This document shows, one piece after another, positions 10,839 to 26,340 of a stretch of 64,000 bases of DNA. This stretch comes from the human T2T-CHM13v2.0 reference genome, Homo sapiens. Each line of letters opens with the position of its first letter. Positions within the stretch are counted from its first letter, which is position 1. The notes below the pieces were generated by a model. It had not been told where the DNA came from and made no database searches. It worked only from the letters and a program-made list of their open reading frames with translations. A program made the position numbers and the translations under genes. The stretch lies in NCBI RefSeq assembly GCF_009914755.1, contig NC_060936.1; one strand, given 5' to 3'.

Positions 10839-12568
10839 GTAAGTTTAATCTTTACTGTATCTGGATCATTTATGTAATAAATGTCAGCTTTTTCCCCCTT
10901 TTTTTAAAAGCAAGGGATGTAATTTAAAAAAAATATGCTGCCAGTTGATTTGATTCAGTGGTATGATAAGTACACTAGGGCTAATAGATAACTGATTGTT
11001 CAATTCAACAGATTAAAAGTCCATTTAGAAACCTAGACAAGTGTCCAATTCACATTATTGAACTGAGAAAAAGGGAAATTGAAAAAAGAAGAAGACTTAT
11101 TAATCATTCACACACTGTGCATATCAGGAATATGCTCTCTTTGAGGCAGGAGTGGAGGGAGTCCAGGTGTAACAAAGAAAAGACAACCCTCCTGATAACG
11201 TGGGTAATCTCCATTTTCTCAATTTTCTCACATAAGCTGAAGTACAAATTTATTTAAACAATCAAGTTTTTTTGACAATAAACATCTATAGATGTGTAAG
11301 CTTAATTTGGGGTGACTGGCTCCCACTTCCTTCTTCTGTAAAGATTTGTTAAGTCAAGAAGATAAAGTAACTTCCTAACATTATCACTGTCTTTCTCCAC
11401 TTTTTTGCTCCCCGCACCCAACTTAAGCCCTCTCTTTACTCAGAACCCCAGGGGGCTCATCAGCCTCATTCACAGCTCTTCCATGGTTACTGCTGCATTT
11501 CCTCACTGCTCTGCCAGCCTGCTCTCAGTCATTTCCCTGCAGTCTGTATTGCTTCACTCAGATCAATATTCTTCCCACCTCAAGCAGAAGAAAATTCCCC
11601 AGCCTACTTCCCCTCAGCTCTTTCAGATGATCTGGCTTTCTTAGAAGACAGTTTGACTCCCGGTATGATGCTTTTCCATTAATAAATACGTGTCAGAATT
11701 TGTAGAAGAGGATGATGTTAGATAGCACCATCTATTCTACTCTTACCACAATCAATGGAGACTGTGTCCTGAAACATGGCATGTGACCTTCAATTCTCGC
11801 ATACCTCATGGCCCCTCCCATTCCAAACTAAATCTGCCTTCTTATAGGACCATGACAATCTCTATCTCCCCTTCTTTGGGTAAGGTTCTTTATTCCTTTG
11901 ACCAAAGACCTGACATTCAATAATAATATCCCTTTTTCTTTCATAGAATCAACTCTGCTTGTAAAATTTTTCAGTAGCTCTCCAATTCTTATAAGGCAAA
12001 GTACAAATCATTTAGCAAAGCACACAAGGCCTTTTGTAGTGTGGCCCCTACCTATCTCTGCATCTTTACCTCTAGAATTAACCCCATTCCCCGTTCTTGC
12101 TATCCACCAGTCATTTGCATCTTATCTACTTACCCTAACTATCCCTTGACTGTCCACCAGTCATTCTTTGCATCTGATCTATTTACCCTAACTATGAACT
12201 GAGAAGTCAGGCCTCTGCCAGGGATCCTCCATGTGTCAGGAACACAGTATTCCACTTGCCCATCTGGGAAACACATAATTATCTTTCACGATGCATCTTT
12301 TACCTCCTGTATAAACCCTTCCTGTATCATTGGGCAAAATTGTTCATCTTTTCTTCCCTTGCTTGGTCTAACCTGTAAATTTCTCTTACAGTACCTACTG
12401 TTTGTTTAGATTTCTGTATGCTCCTACCGAATAATACAAAGATTTTTTTTTTAATTTTATTTAGTCGACAGCAGGTAAAGCAGCACCAGACAAAGGGTCC
12501 AGTAAGTGTTATTGGGCAAATTAATAAATTTTGTGTAACAAGTGACTCCTTTAAAAAGTTATTAACCA

Positions 12569-12865
12569 ACCCAGGTGCGGTGGCCACATCTATAATCCCA
12601 ACACTTCAGGAGGCTAAGGCAGATGGATCACTTGAGGTCAGAAGTTTGAGACCAGCCTGGCCAACATGGTGAAACTTTGTCTCTACTAAAAATATAAAAA
12701 TTAGCTGGGCATGGTGGCTCACACTTGTAATCCCAGCCACACGGGAGGCTAAGGTAGGAGATTTGCTCAAACCCAGGAGACAGAGGTTGCAGTGAGCCAA
12801 CATCACTCTACCTTGGGCTACGGAGCAAGTCTAAAAACAAACAAACAAACAAACAAACAAACAAA
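12569..12865 (+). mobile_element. Alu (old AluS/J, right-arm deletion) with (AAAC)n tail
   Basis: ccaggtgcggtggcc...gaggtcagaagtttgagaccagcctggccaacatgg...; tail (aaac)n at ~12833-12865. Confidence 0.9.
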
Positions 12866-13249
12866 ACCATTAATCAGTTCAATCCCTAAAATTTTTCTTC
12901 TGATTTAATTAAAAGTAATTTCTGGTTGTTTTAAAACATCAGATTTATTTTCAACTCACACACTTATGCCATCATATAGATAATTCAAGATAAAAATCTA
13001 ATTCTAAACTCAATTTCAAAGAAAAAATTCTGAATGCTAGTTCTGATACTTACTGATTAACTTGGCCCAGTTCCCACAACCAGAAAGTGTCAAAGCTAGC
13101 ATTTAGACCCACTGTGACTCCTAAGCTGATGGTTTTACTGTGACTTACATACTTTTCCATACAACATATAAAATCTTGACAAGAGTATTTACATCCCATG
13201 AATAGTATTCAAGTTTTAACTTAAGAAATAAAATAACAACCTCTATTCT

Positions 13250-14150
13250 GCTCCATCCTCCTGCCAGCAGCTACCCCATTTCTTTTCTCTGCTTTGTAGT
13301 GAAACCTTCCAAATAACTATCTATATTCACTTTATTCAGTTATCTTTTCTCTGCTCTATAACATACTCCAATCAGGCTTTCATCACCTCTGCTCCACTGA
13401 AATTGTCACCAGTAACCTTCATGACTGAATCCAATGTTTGTTTCTCAATCCTCATCTTACATGACCTATCAGAAGCTTTTGGCACTGTTGATCTCACCCT
13501 CCATCTTGAAATTTGCTTTCCACATGGCTGACTCTTACCTCACTGGCCATTTGTTCTCCATGTCCTTCTCTTCTCCCAGACTGATTATGATCTTAGCCCT
13601 TAACCCTCTTCTCTGTTGTATATGTCATTATTCCCTCACTTTTCTCTTACAGTTATATACCTTTAAATACAATTTAAATGCCAACAGCTCCCAAATTTAT
13701 ATCACTAACCCAGCCATCAGTCACAAACTCCACACTTAGAGAATCAATATATCCTAAACTAAATTTCTGATCTTACATTTCAAACCACTCCACCTATGGA
13801 TGGCCATTCTGGATAATCAATTCTAATTCTGGTTGTTCAGATCAAAATCCTTAGCCTGAATCTCGTTTCAGACCCTATGTTCAGAAAATCTTAATGGCTC
13901 TCTTCTCAAAACATATCCAGAATATGTTCTCATCACCTTCAATGGTCTAAAAAACCATCATCTCTCCTCTCTATACCACAATAGCTTTATAATGGTCTCC
14001 CTACTTCTCTTACACCTTTGTAGTTCTTCTTGCACAGCAGCTAAAGTTGTCTCTTTAAAATATCAGTCAAGGCATGTCATTCTTCTGTCTAAAAATCCTG
14101 AACTAGCTCCCCATTTCACTCAGTGAAAAGATAAAATACTTGCAATGGTC
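13250..14150 (+). mobile_element. L2 LINE fragment (RT region)
   Basis: ctccactgaaattgtcaccagtaacc...ctcatcttacatgacctatcagaagcttttggcactgttgat is degenerate L2 'STET...LDLS.AFDTVD' coding sequence. Confidence 0.7.
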
Positions 14151-14212
14151 TATTGTTTAGTGTCTTCATTTTGTTTCAGTATTAATAGGAGAGTTCTAAA
14201 CAACGTACTTTC

Positions 14213-14528
<316 letters not shown>

Positions 14529-15436
14529 TCATTTTTCACTCTCAGAAGCTTACTCTGGTCTTAGCAAAACTATTTCATATACAATAAAACAATTTTAAGA
14601 AAAATTGTAGTGATTATTCATTCTTAAATAGTATAGTGAGGCAAACATGTGGTTAAAACTTGAGATCTATACTATACCTGTTCCTTGGTTTAAAAAAAAA
14701 AAGCAATCTGTTTCCGCTTACTGATGTGTCTCTTATTTTTTTTTCCTTTTTTGTCTGAAAGTTCATTCCTTTGACTTTTAAGTAGCTATACAAAAGTTAA
14801 AAAAATTTTCAGTGAAGTTGAGATTATTCTGGCTTTAAAAATTCATAGGTATTAAAGAATGGATAAATAACTCCTTGGGAAGCACTTATTCTTATCCTAA
14901 AGGAATTTATTTTTCTTAATAAAAATGACAGAATGGAGATTGGCAGTAACTATCCACTGTAACTTATATAATTTCTTTCATTCTTGTTATAAAAAAAGCT
15001 CACTAACAAGTGAAGTTATACATGAAGAAGCCAGACTTAATGGGAAAAAAAGAACATTCTAGATCATGTGAGAAATAAAGTGAAATTACAGTTTTCATCC
15101 TAGCACAGAAATATGAAAGCTGAATAGAAAGTCAATTATAAGTAAAAGAAAGAACATTAAAGAAATTGCTGTGCATTCCACAGGATCATCAGCATTTTAT
15201 GTCAAGTTTCAGAGCTTCTTTTAAGCTGAGAAATATGTCCATACTACCTTAAATGAATATGACAAGTGTGAAAGAATTTGAAAGAAAACAAAGAGAGGAC
15301 GTTTAGTTTTGGATACCGAAATATCTAGGTATCCAATTTAATATTTTAATCTAAAATTTGACAGTCTTTAACAATAGAAGATTCTTCTCACTCTAGTATT
15401 TTCTTTATTTTTCTCCATTAAGTCTAGCTAGAATTA

Positions 15437-16130
<694 letters not shown>

Positions 16131-17357
16131 ACTTACATTTCATCTGTCTACAAGGAATGTGTTTTTTACAAACCTGTGTATTAAATGCACAATGGCTGAT
16201 ACAAATTATTGTAATAATAATTGAATAAATGAATATAATGCGGTATACAACCTACAATTTGCCATATATTGTGTTATAGAATAGCAGTTCCATTTTGTGC
16301 AAAAGGAAAAGTAAGACTTAGAAAGGTTAAATGCATTACTTAGAAAGGTTAAATGCATCTTAGTCAATAGGGTCATTTTTTGAGCATAAATAGATCCAAA
16401 TAGATCCAAATCCAAACTTGGACCCATCCTATCCGCAGACAGTTTATATATTGGCATCTCACAATTATCATTAACTCAATAACATCATACCCTAAACTAT
16501 ACTAATTATTCCCATCCCATCTTCTTTATTCCCTATCAGTTAAAAATATCTGTCGTAATCTAGAAACTAGAATTCGTCTTTAATTCTTTATTGTCTTATT
16601 CCACTGGTATGCCATCAGTCAGGTATTAGTTATGCCTTTTACTTCTAAAACAGCTCTTCTATCTTTCATCCTGTTAGCTGCTCTATAACCACGCTGGGTC
16701 TGGATTTGATTATCTCAGTGGACACCATGAGTAGGAGAGACAGATGTACTTCCTCAAATTCAATTATGGTCATTGAATTAAATTAACTTCTCCTTATCCC
16801 CAAGGCTGGATGCTGTACAGGCACTGAAAAAAAGAAGTCACCAATGTTTGATTTGAAACCCTGGGTAAAAACTGCTCCCTAGGCTCCAGATTAGAAAGCC
16901 AACTCCTAGTGTGAGAAGATGCTTAATATTACCTGAGGCCTCAGCTGGGTGAACCTCAGTCCGCACCTTTCAGTTGGACAATAGGCTTTTGTCATCTTCA
17001 GTACTCTAATAATCACCTACTGCTCTAATAATTTAACATCAAAGTTCAACTGGGAATGACAAGGCCAGTAGATTCTGTGTATTTCCCTCACATCTCATGG
17101 CCATCAGGTATCATCCCATAAAGATGCTCGGTCACTCTTCAAGTCTCTTTGCTCTTTATCCTTCCCATTCATCTGTGATTTATCTCCCATGACTCTGGCC
17201 CTGTCTGCCAAACTTTGTTCCAGTTTTCTCATTCCTCTTTAGCATTCTCACCTACTGTAAACATATCTCCCCATCTCAACTCCTAGAAAAAAAATTTCTT
17301 TCATCTCCTTGTCTCATAAATAGTTCTTTCCTAAACACCAGGCTTCTCTGAGGCATT

Positions 17358-18007
17358 ATCATATAATGATCATATAATTGACATATGATCATATAACGAT
17401 CGTATAATTGACATATGATCATATAACGATCGTATAATTGACATATGATCATATAACGATCGTATAATTGACATATGATCATATAACGATCGTATAATTG
17501 ACATATGATCATATAACGATCGTATAATTGACATATGATCATATAACGATCGTATAATTGACATATGATCATATAACGATCGTATAATTGACATATGATC
17601 ATATAACGGTCGTATAATTGACATATGATCATATAACGGTCGTATAATTGACATATGATCATATAACGGTCGTATAATTGACATATGATCATATAACGGT
17701 CGTATAATTGACATATGATCATATAACGATCGTATAATTGACATATGATCATATAACGATCGTATAATTGACATATGATCATATAACGATCGTATAATTG
17801 ACATATGATCATATAACGATCGTATAATTGACATATGATCATATAACGATCGTATAATTGACATATGATCATATAACGATCGTATAATTGACATATGATC
17901 ATATAACGATCGTATAATTGACATATGATCATATAACGATCGTATAATTGACATATGATCATATAACGATCGTATAATTGACATATGATCATATAATGAT
18001 CATATAT
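17358..18007. repeat. 30-bp VNTR/minisatellite, 21 full copies plus a partial copy
   Basis: Unit ATCATATAACGATCGTATAATTGACATATG in perfect tandem. Units 9-12 carry ACGGTCG; the first unit and the terminal partial unit carry ATGATCA. Confidence 0.99.
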
Positions 18008-19101
18008 GAGAACCTGATCATATAATTCTATACAATTGAGATGACTCCAGAAAAGAATGAAAGGTAGATGTCTCCCTGCCCCTATTAGGGATGCCAGATC
18101 ACAATCTCAACTTTCTGTCAAAAGCCCCTTCTCAAACAATCATGCCACCTACGTATACCCCATCCAGTCTTACAGTAGTATTTATGACCTTCTGGACACT
18201 TCCTTACATATATTGATGATTTCAACCCAAACTCGAGTTTTTCTCATCATTAAAAATCCTGTGTCTATCCTTAGCCAATTTTATTTGCTAGTATCTATAA
18301 TCCATCCAGGATCTGAGCTCGGAGAGTCTTGACCTTATCATATCCAGAGATTGTATATGTGTTACATTTCAGTGACCATCCTCCAAATTCCTAGGACCTC
18401 ATCATGACCCAGAATGGTCCACATTTAAAATGGCAAAAAACTCTCTACACTTTGGCTGTTATCTTTCAAATATTTCTTTTTGACTTTAGGGAAAAGTTGA
18501 AATTCTTTTGCCTGGCATGTAGAGCTCTTAAGCATTCTGGCAACCACCTATCTTTCTAATTACATCCTCCACAATCTCCCCTATCAACTTGACTTCATCT
18601 TTTGTTCTAGCCACAATGAACCATTCACCATTTATCAGACACACCTAGTTGTTCATCCATATATGCCCTTGTCTGTGCTTTTTCCTCTTTCTGGAATATT
18701 CTTTTCCAAATCTCCATCTCATTATAGCTAACTTAAACCTTGAGAATCATTTTGAGTTATTTCCTGCCTCCTCCAACTCCCTAACACAGTGTCTTTCTAA
18801 GTCTGTTTTTCATCTGTGCTTGCAACAGCTTAAGAGTAAATGTTCAACTTATTGTAACTTTTAAAAATATACCTACATGTCAACATTATCAGGAATAATT
18901 TTCATCGATTAACAAAATCTCACTATTCTACATATTTCTGTTAAATTTTCATTTTTACAAGATTAAACAAAAAATTTCAAGAGGCAGCCTCAATTCAAAT
19001 AGTTAAATATCTTTGTCCCAGACCAGTACATTATAAGAACATTTTCATTAAAATATCAGTACAATTGGGTAGGTAATGCTTCTTCTTTCTTTTATTCTCA
19101 G

Positions 19102-19233
19102 GATCAATTTTCCCCTTGAAATAAAGTCACTTCCAAGGGAATCCATGCTCACTGTAAAACTGTTTGGGATTGCCTGTGCAACCAACAATGCAAATTTACT
19201 GGCGTGGACTTGTCTTCCACTGTTTCCAAAAGA
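19102..19233 (+). CDS. PIK3C2G: PIK3C2G coding exon (132 nt, phase 2-2), C2 domain
   Basis: Acceptor tcttctttcttttattctcag|G, donor GA|gtaagt. Translates INFPLEIKSLPRESMLTVKLFGIACATNNANLLAWTCLPLFPK, with the PI3K C2 'F.L.I..LPRE' motif. Confidence 0.96.
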
Positions 19234-20109
19234 GTAAGTGTATCAATTGTGAGTAATAAGCCTATCATTTCAATAAAACATTCCTAGAAGTAAATATTTT
19301 GGAGTATATGGCATAATGAGGAAATCAAGACATTTTATTCTAAAATTGACATAGTTCAATATAAATCGTGACTGCTGAAATCAGAACTGAAAAGTGAAAT
19401 TGTAGAAATGGCTTTCAAAACAGGACTCATGCTGAACTTGTCAGCTGGATCATTTATAATGAAAAGGTATTGGCATGACCAATCTCAATTACTTTTTCTT
19501 TTCTGACCAGCTGGTTTCTTTGGAACTAGTAATTCAAAATGATTTGGATTAATATTGTCATTTAGAAAGAATGTAAGTCATGGAATTCTGGCTAAAGTAA
19601 AATTATACAAGGTAACTGGCTTACTGACCTTTTCTTGTGAAGAAGAAATATTTAGTAATTTTAAGGTGATATTTTCCAGAAAACTAGGTCAATTATAAGT
19701 TCAGATATTCTCTCAGAACTAATGACCGTTGCAAAATGAAGTGTTGATTCAACCATAAATCTTGGAAAATATTAATATTCAGAATACTTGATAAAATCAA
19801 TTACATGATGTTCTATGGTATTAAGGAAAAATATTTTTTAAAAATCAACCATTTTTCACACGGCTAGTCTTGCTTCAGAATCAAATGATAAAATTCAGGA
19901 CTTTCAAAAAATCAGAACATATATTGTAATGTTAATATTTTTATAAAGCATATTTTTCCCTCTGCTGTTTTAGAAAGATATGGTGATACAAAAATATTTT
20001 TTTAATTTATTAATTTTTATTTCCCAGACCTAATCAATATAAAAAATTATTATCAGCAACCATAATAGATATTTCAAATCTTCTTTGTTGGATTAATTCT
20101 GATGTAAGC

Positions 20110-20153
20110 TGTGTGTATGTGTGTGTGTGTGTGTGTGGGCACGTGTGTGTGTG
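20110..20153. repeat. Interrupted (TG)n microsatellite
   Basis: Directly visible TG repeats. Confidence 0.9.
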
Positions 20154-21489
20154 TTGTTCTGTTATTTGTTTTCATGCTTTAGCCCATTTCTATACCATTG
20201 TTCCTTGAGGACAGGGAATGTATTTATCTTTGTCATATCTATCATCTAATGTAGCACCTCATATAAATAGGCAATCAATACAAGTTTGTTTACTAAATTG
20301 AATTGAGGAAAAAAACAGTCCCTATATAGGAGATAAAGAATGAAATAGGATTTCAAGGTCTATAAGAAACAGTTTATCCCTAAAAGCAATACCTACTGCT
20401 GTTAGCAGACATTTCAAAGATATGATTTGTATGCTAAGAACTTTATTTTCTTTCTCACTAGGAGCAGCTATACAAGTGTCTTTCCTTCTCATGAGTGAGT
20501 TTCCTTAAAGTTTTACCTGCAGTATTTGTAAGATCTACCATTTTTTGTAGAATATTTCTAGCTAGTCACTGAAAATAAAAAAAGGTTAAGTCCATTTTAC
20601 TCTCCCATCATGTAACACACTACTTGCACATATCAATAAACACTAAACATATAAGAATTCAGGAATATTTTTGTCTTTAAAACTAATCTTCAAGGCATTT
20701 TTCCAGATGGTTACGATAGTAAAAATACCACCTCCATGTTGTTTTGTCATATGTCACTTACCACTGGTAAGCACGTTACAGGCGAGTGGTCACAGAAGAT
20801 GAGCATTTGTGAGAGATGGCATCTGGGACTGATCCTAGGTGTTATTTTTTAAGGGGATGCGTCAAAATTGTAGACAATGAGACATCAAAAAACACAACTC
20901 ACTTCAACAATTACACAATAAGGATTTCTAAACATTTTTCAAAAAAAACCTGTTTCTCTTGAAAATCAGAAAATCTGCTTTTCTCCTGTGCTAGACAATT
21001 TAAGGAAATAAAGATATTTTTAAGAAACCAGAAATATGTCACATGGGGCAATTGGGAGGCTGCAAAGACTCCACTTTGTTCGTTGCTTCAAGTTACAAAG
21101 ATTCTAACCCAGTTTATTTGATGCAGATATTTCCAGATCACAGCAAATTGGTGACTGAATTTCATTTCCTTTCGGGGGTAATCCCTGCTCATAAACATTT
21201 GGTATTGAATCTGTCTTTTATTACAGTTCAAATTGCCCATAGCTAGCCACGTGGAACTATAATGAGCGCTTATGTCATTATTTTTTCCAACACATATATC
21301 AACTGAAAATATGCAGAATTAAAGGTTTCCTATCGCTTTGTGGTTTCCAGAAGTGGATTTCAGAAGAACCAATGGTGATTAAACTCAGATAAATCAGTTA
21401 GGGCTGCATCAACAAAGTCTGAAAATAAAAATAAACTTCTACATTTTCAAGCATGCAAACTTGTCTTCAGTTCTATTTTTAAAAGTCTT

Positions 21490-21824
<335 letters not shown>

Positions 21825-22009
21825 TTATAATCATGTCTTTTGCAGACAAGGCTTCCACTCCATCTGCATTTGTAATGTAGCCACAATGTAGCGAGAAAGT
21901 GTTATCCTCACCTCAGCAATTTCCATGAGCTTCCTCCCCTATTCAAGTTCAAAATTAATAGTATGGTAGTTACTTAGCATTTCTAAATTGTGGTAAGCTA
22001 CTTCAGCAC

Positions 22010-22165
22010 AGAGATTCTCAACCCTCATTAAATAATAGAATTTTCTGAGGAGATTTAAAAATAATCCCAAAGCCCAAGCATGCCCAAAGATTCTAATTTG
22101 ATTGGTCTGTGACCTGGCCTGAGCACCAGTATTTTCAAAGCTCCCAAGGTGAGTTTAAAACCTTG
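22010..22165. mobile_element. MER5A-like hAT DNA transposon
   Basis: cagagattctcaacc...gattctaatttgattggtctg...tttcaaagctcccaaggtga. Confidence 0.6.
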
Positions 22166-22580
22166 AAAAATCAGGATGTTTTTCATAATTTCAAAAAAGG
22201 CCTAAAATAAACCTTAATCTCAAAACAATTAGATTCCTTAGACAATTGCCTGAGTAGCCAACCCTGACTCCACTGTGTCAAGTCATTTCAGATGTATCTT
22301 CAAAATCATAACCAAAAAAAAACTGGATGAGAATTTCTTATTGTTTTTCTCTCCTATCCAAAAGACCCTCAGTTAGTCCAAATACGTCATTTATAGATGA
22401 AGAACTCTATGATGAAGGAAGATTGAAAAACCGGCAGTTGGTTACCAGGCTACTTAGAATAGAACAAGAACTAGAATGCAGGTCTGAGCTTTAACTACCT
22501 TACGCCACCTCCCTTCCTGCTCTTAGGTGCCATGCCTTACTCCATGCACACTCTGTAAACACTTCACTACCCTACAAGAG

Positions 22581-24943
22581 GGATATAATTTAGATATTGT
22601 CTGCTGTAAATCTCATATTGAATTATGGTCCTCAGTGTTGGAGGTGGGACCTGGTGGTAGGTGTTTGGGGTCATGGGAGCAGATCTCATGACTTGGTCCT
22701 GTCCTCGAGATAGTGACTAGGTAATCACAAGGTCTGGTTGTTTGGAAGTGTGTGGCACCTCCTCCCACCTGTTATCACCATGTGAGACACCTGCTCCTCC
22801 TTTGCCTTCTGCCATGATTGTAAGCTTCTTGAGACCTCCCCAGAAGCCCAGCAGATGCCAGCACCATGCTTCCTGTAAAGCCTGGAAAACTGTGAGCCAA
22901 TTAAACTCTTCTCTTTTAAATTGCCCAGTCTCAGGTATTTCCTTACAGCAATGCAAGAATGGCCTAACCCAGAAAGTCGGTACCAGGAGTAGGGTATTGC
23001 TATGAAGATATCTGTGGATGTGGCATTAGAACTGGGTAACAGGCAGAGGTTGAAAGTTTGGAGCACTCAGAAGAAGACATGAAAATGAGAGAAAGTTTGG
23101 GATTTCTGAGAGACTAGTTAAATAGTTGTGGCCAAAATGCTGATAGTGATATAGACTCTGTAAAGGCTGACAAGGTCTCAGTTGGCAATAAGGAACTTAT
23201 TGGGAGCCAAAGCAAAGGTCACTCTTGTTATGCCTTAGCAAAGAATTTGGTTGCATTGTGTTCATGCCTTAAGAATCTGTGGAAGTTTGAACTTAAGAAT
23301 GATGACTTAGAGTATCTGACAAGAGAAATTTCTAAGCAGCAAAGCATCCAAGAGGTGGCCTGGCTGCTGCTAACAGCCTCATCTCAGATTCAGGAGTGAA
23401 GAAATGACTTAAAATTGGAATTTATACTTAAAAGGGAAGCAGAGTGTAAAAGTTTGGAAAATTTGCTGCCTGGCCATGTGGCAGAGAAAGAAAAAGCATT
23501 ATCAGGAGAGAAGTTGAAATGGACTTGGAGCAACCACTTCTTAGACATATCTGCATGACTGAAAAAAAGCCAGGTGCTAATAGCCAAGAAAATGTGAAAA
23601 AGGTCTCAAAGGCATTTCAGAGATATTCCAGGCAGCACCTCCCATCACAGGACCTGAGGCCTAGGAGGAAAGAATGGTTTCTGGGGCCAGGCCCAGGGGC
23701 TTGCTGCCCTGTGCAGCATCAGGACACTGCTCCCCACATCCAGGTGGCTCTGGCTCCAGCTTCAGACCAAAGGGGCGCAGGTACCGCTTGGGCCACCACT
23801 TTGTAAGGTGCAAGCTACAATCCTTGGCAGCTTCCACAAGGTGTTAAGCCTGCAAGCACACAGAGTGCAGGAGTGAAGGAAGCTTGTTAACCTCCACCTA
23901 GATTTCAGAGAATATTTTGGAAAGCCCGGGTGCCCAGCCATAAGCCTGCTACAGGGGCAGATCCCTCACAGAGAACCTCTAATAGAAAAGTGTGGAGGAT
24001 AAATATGGGGTTGGATTCCTCACAGAGTCCTTACTGGGGCACTGCATAGTAGAGATGTGGGAAGTGGGCCACCACTCTCCAGATTCTGGAATGGTAGAGC
24101 CACCAGCAGCTTACAATCTCAGCATAGAAAAGCCACAGGGGCATAGCTGAGCAAGGTCTTGGGAGCCCACCATTGTATCCGTGTGCTTGGAATGTGGGAT
24201 ATGGAGTCAAGGGTTATTTTGGAGCATTAAGATTTAATGACTGCCCCGCTGGGTTTCAGACTTCCATGGGACCTGTAACTCCTTTCTTTTGGCCAAATTC
24301 TCCCTTTTGGAATAAGAATGTTTACCCAATTTCTGTACCCTCATTTTATCTTGGAAGTAAGTAACTTGTTTTGATTTTATGGGCTCATAGGTTGAAAGAA
24401 CTGATCTCCAGATGAGACTTTGGACTTGGACTTCAGACATTTTAGTTAATGCTGAAATGAGTTAAGACTTTGGGTGACTATTGAGAAGGCATGATTGTAT
24501 TTTGCAGTGTGAGAAGGACATGAGATTTGAGGAGCCAGGGGCAGAGTAATATAGTTTGGATGTTGTTTCCTCCAAATCTTGTGCTGAATTGTAGTTTCCA
24601 GTGTTGGAGGTAGGACACGGTGGGAGATGTTTGGATCATGGAGATGGGTCCTTCTTGGCTTGTGGCTGTCCTTGAGATAGTGAGTGGGTACTTGCAAGAT
24701 CTGGTTGGTTGGCAGTGTGTGGCACATCTTCAAAGCTTGCTCCTGCTCTCACCATGTGAGACACCTGCTCACCCTTTGCCTTCCACCATGATTGGAAGCT
24801 TCCTAAGGCCTCCCAAAAAGCTGAGCAGATGCCAGCACCATGCTTTCTGTAAAGCCTGCAGAATAATGAGCCAAGTAAACTTTTCTTAATAAATTATTCA
24901 ATCTCAGGAATTTCTTTTTAGTGACACAAGAATAGCCTACACA
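22581..24943 (+). mobile_element. Full-length MaLR element (MST-type LTR - internal - LTR)
   Basis: Homologous LTRs at 22581-22971 and 24547-24943. The ~1.6 kb internal region begins gaaagtcggtaccaggagt and ends gagatttgaggagccaggggcagag. Confidence 0.9.
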
Positions 24944-25790
24944 ACAGGGTTCCAGCTCAGCCTTGCCTGGGCTCTACTCTTGCACATGAAACCTGTTAGA
25001 CATAATAAAGTCAGCAGCCCAAAGAATTTTATAACATCAGATCCTTTGGTCCTGCCAGCTACAGATTCTTTGGCTCCAGGATGCCAGCAATGGGCACATA
25101 GAATATTATGGCTAAAATTGATAATTGCTTTATTTAAACACCTGATCTTGTTGTTTGAGGAAATGGGGCCCAAAGAGGGTAAACCAGCCCATCTGTTCTC
25201 CTGGTGTCACAAATTTTGTGTTGGCTTTTCTAGTCAATGAATTTATACGATATATTCAAATTAAAAATATTCTTAAGGATACTCCAGAACAAATATTTTG
25301 AAATACTATGTTTAGCAGCATAGTCCTTCTTCTAATGGCATCATATTAAAAAGTCTCAAAGTGTAAGAATGATTACATGGATGTGTTGCGTTACAAGAAT
25401 TTACAAACCCATAGCCCAGCCTAACTGACATCTTCCCATCTTTCTGAAGTTCACCCTCAAACACCAGCAGAACCTCAAAGCTATATGTAAACTCTGAAGA
25501 CCATTGATTTTGTCCAAAAAGCTCAAAAAAGTTAAGTTAATAAAGGGAAGGTAATAAAGGCAGGCTCCAGATGTCCTGACATAAACTCTGGTGTTCTTTC
25601 CATTATATGAAAGTCTTTTTTTGTGTCTCCTGCCTTCAAAATGTTTAATTTTAACTAACATAATAAATGTTTTCACAGGAGTAATACTTTAAAAAATGAC
25701 CAGTGGTCCCCATTTGCCTGGTCTTATATATGGCTTTAAGTTATAAATATTACATATATATATGGCTTTAAGTTAAATATTATATTAGCC

Positions 25791-25937
<147 letters not shown>

Positions 25938-26340
25938 TTGTTGATACATTGCCCCATACACACATCTATGTCAGATGACTTCACTCTGCCACATGTGCCT
26001 CAGGGTTAAAGCCATGGTGACTGTTAATACATCCAAGACTCCATCAAAGGACAGTAATTACCATCAAATTCTTGAGTCCCCTCATCTTCTGTCAAGACCA
26101 GCTTAGACCACTCAGATTTCTGGAGTAAAGCATAGCCAAGACATAAAAATATGGTAAGGACACAAATATAACACATTCCACAACTTAGGTGTGAATAAAT
26201 AATGCAACTCATGTATCACACTCTTCCTCATGAGTTCCCCCCCCCGTAACTAATGAGAAGAAATAAAGTTTCATCTATGATAAAGTATTAGTTCAGTAAC
26301 TTTAAATAGTCCTTTTAGAAATATGCAGTCTCTTTTGGAT

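Noticed and set aside
17276-17992. 238-aa and 204-aa repetitive ORFs (MIICQLYDRY)n and (MSIIRSLYDH)n
   Set aside because: A by-product of a 30-bp unit (a multiple of 3) lacking stops in two minus frames. There is no promoter, splice or homology support.
17358-18007. CRISPR-like array of palindromic ~30-bp repeats
   Set aside because: The units are directly adjacent with no unique spacers, there are no cas genes, and the context is a human intron.
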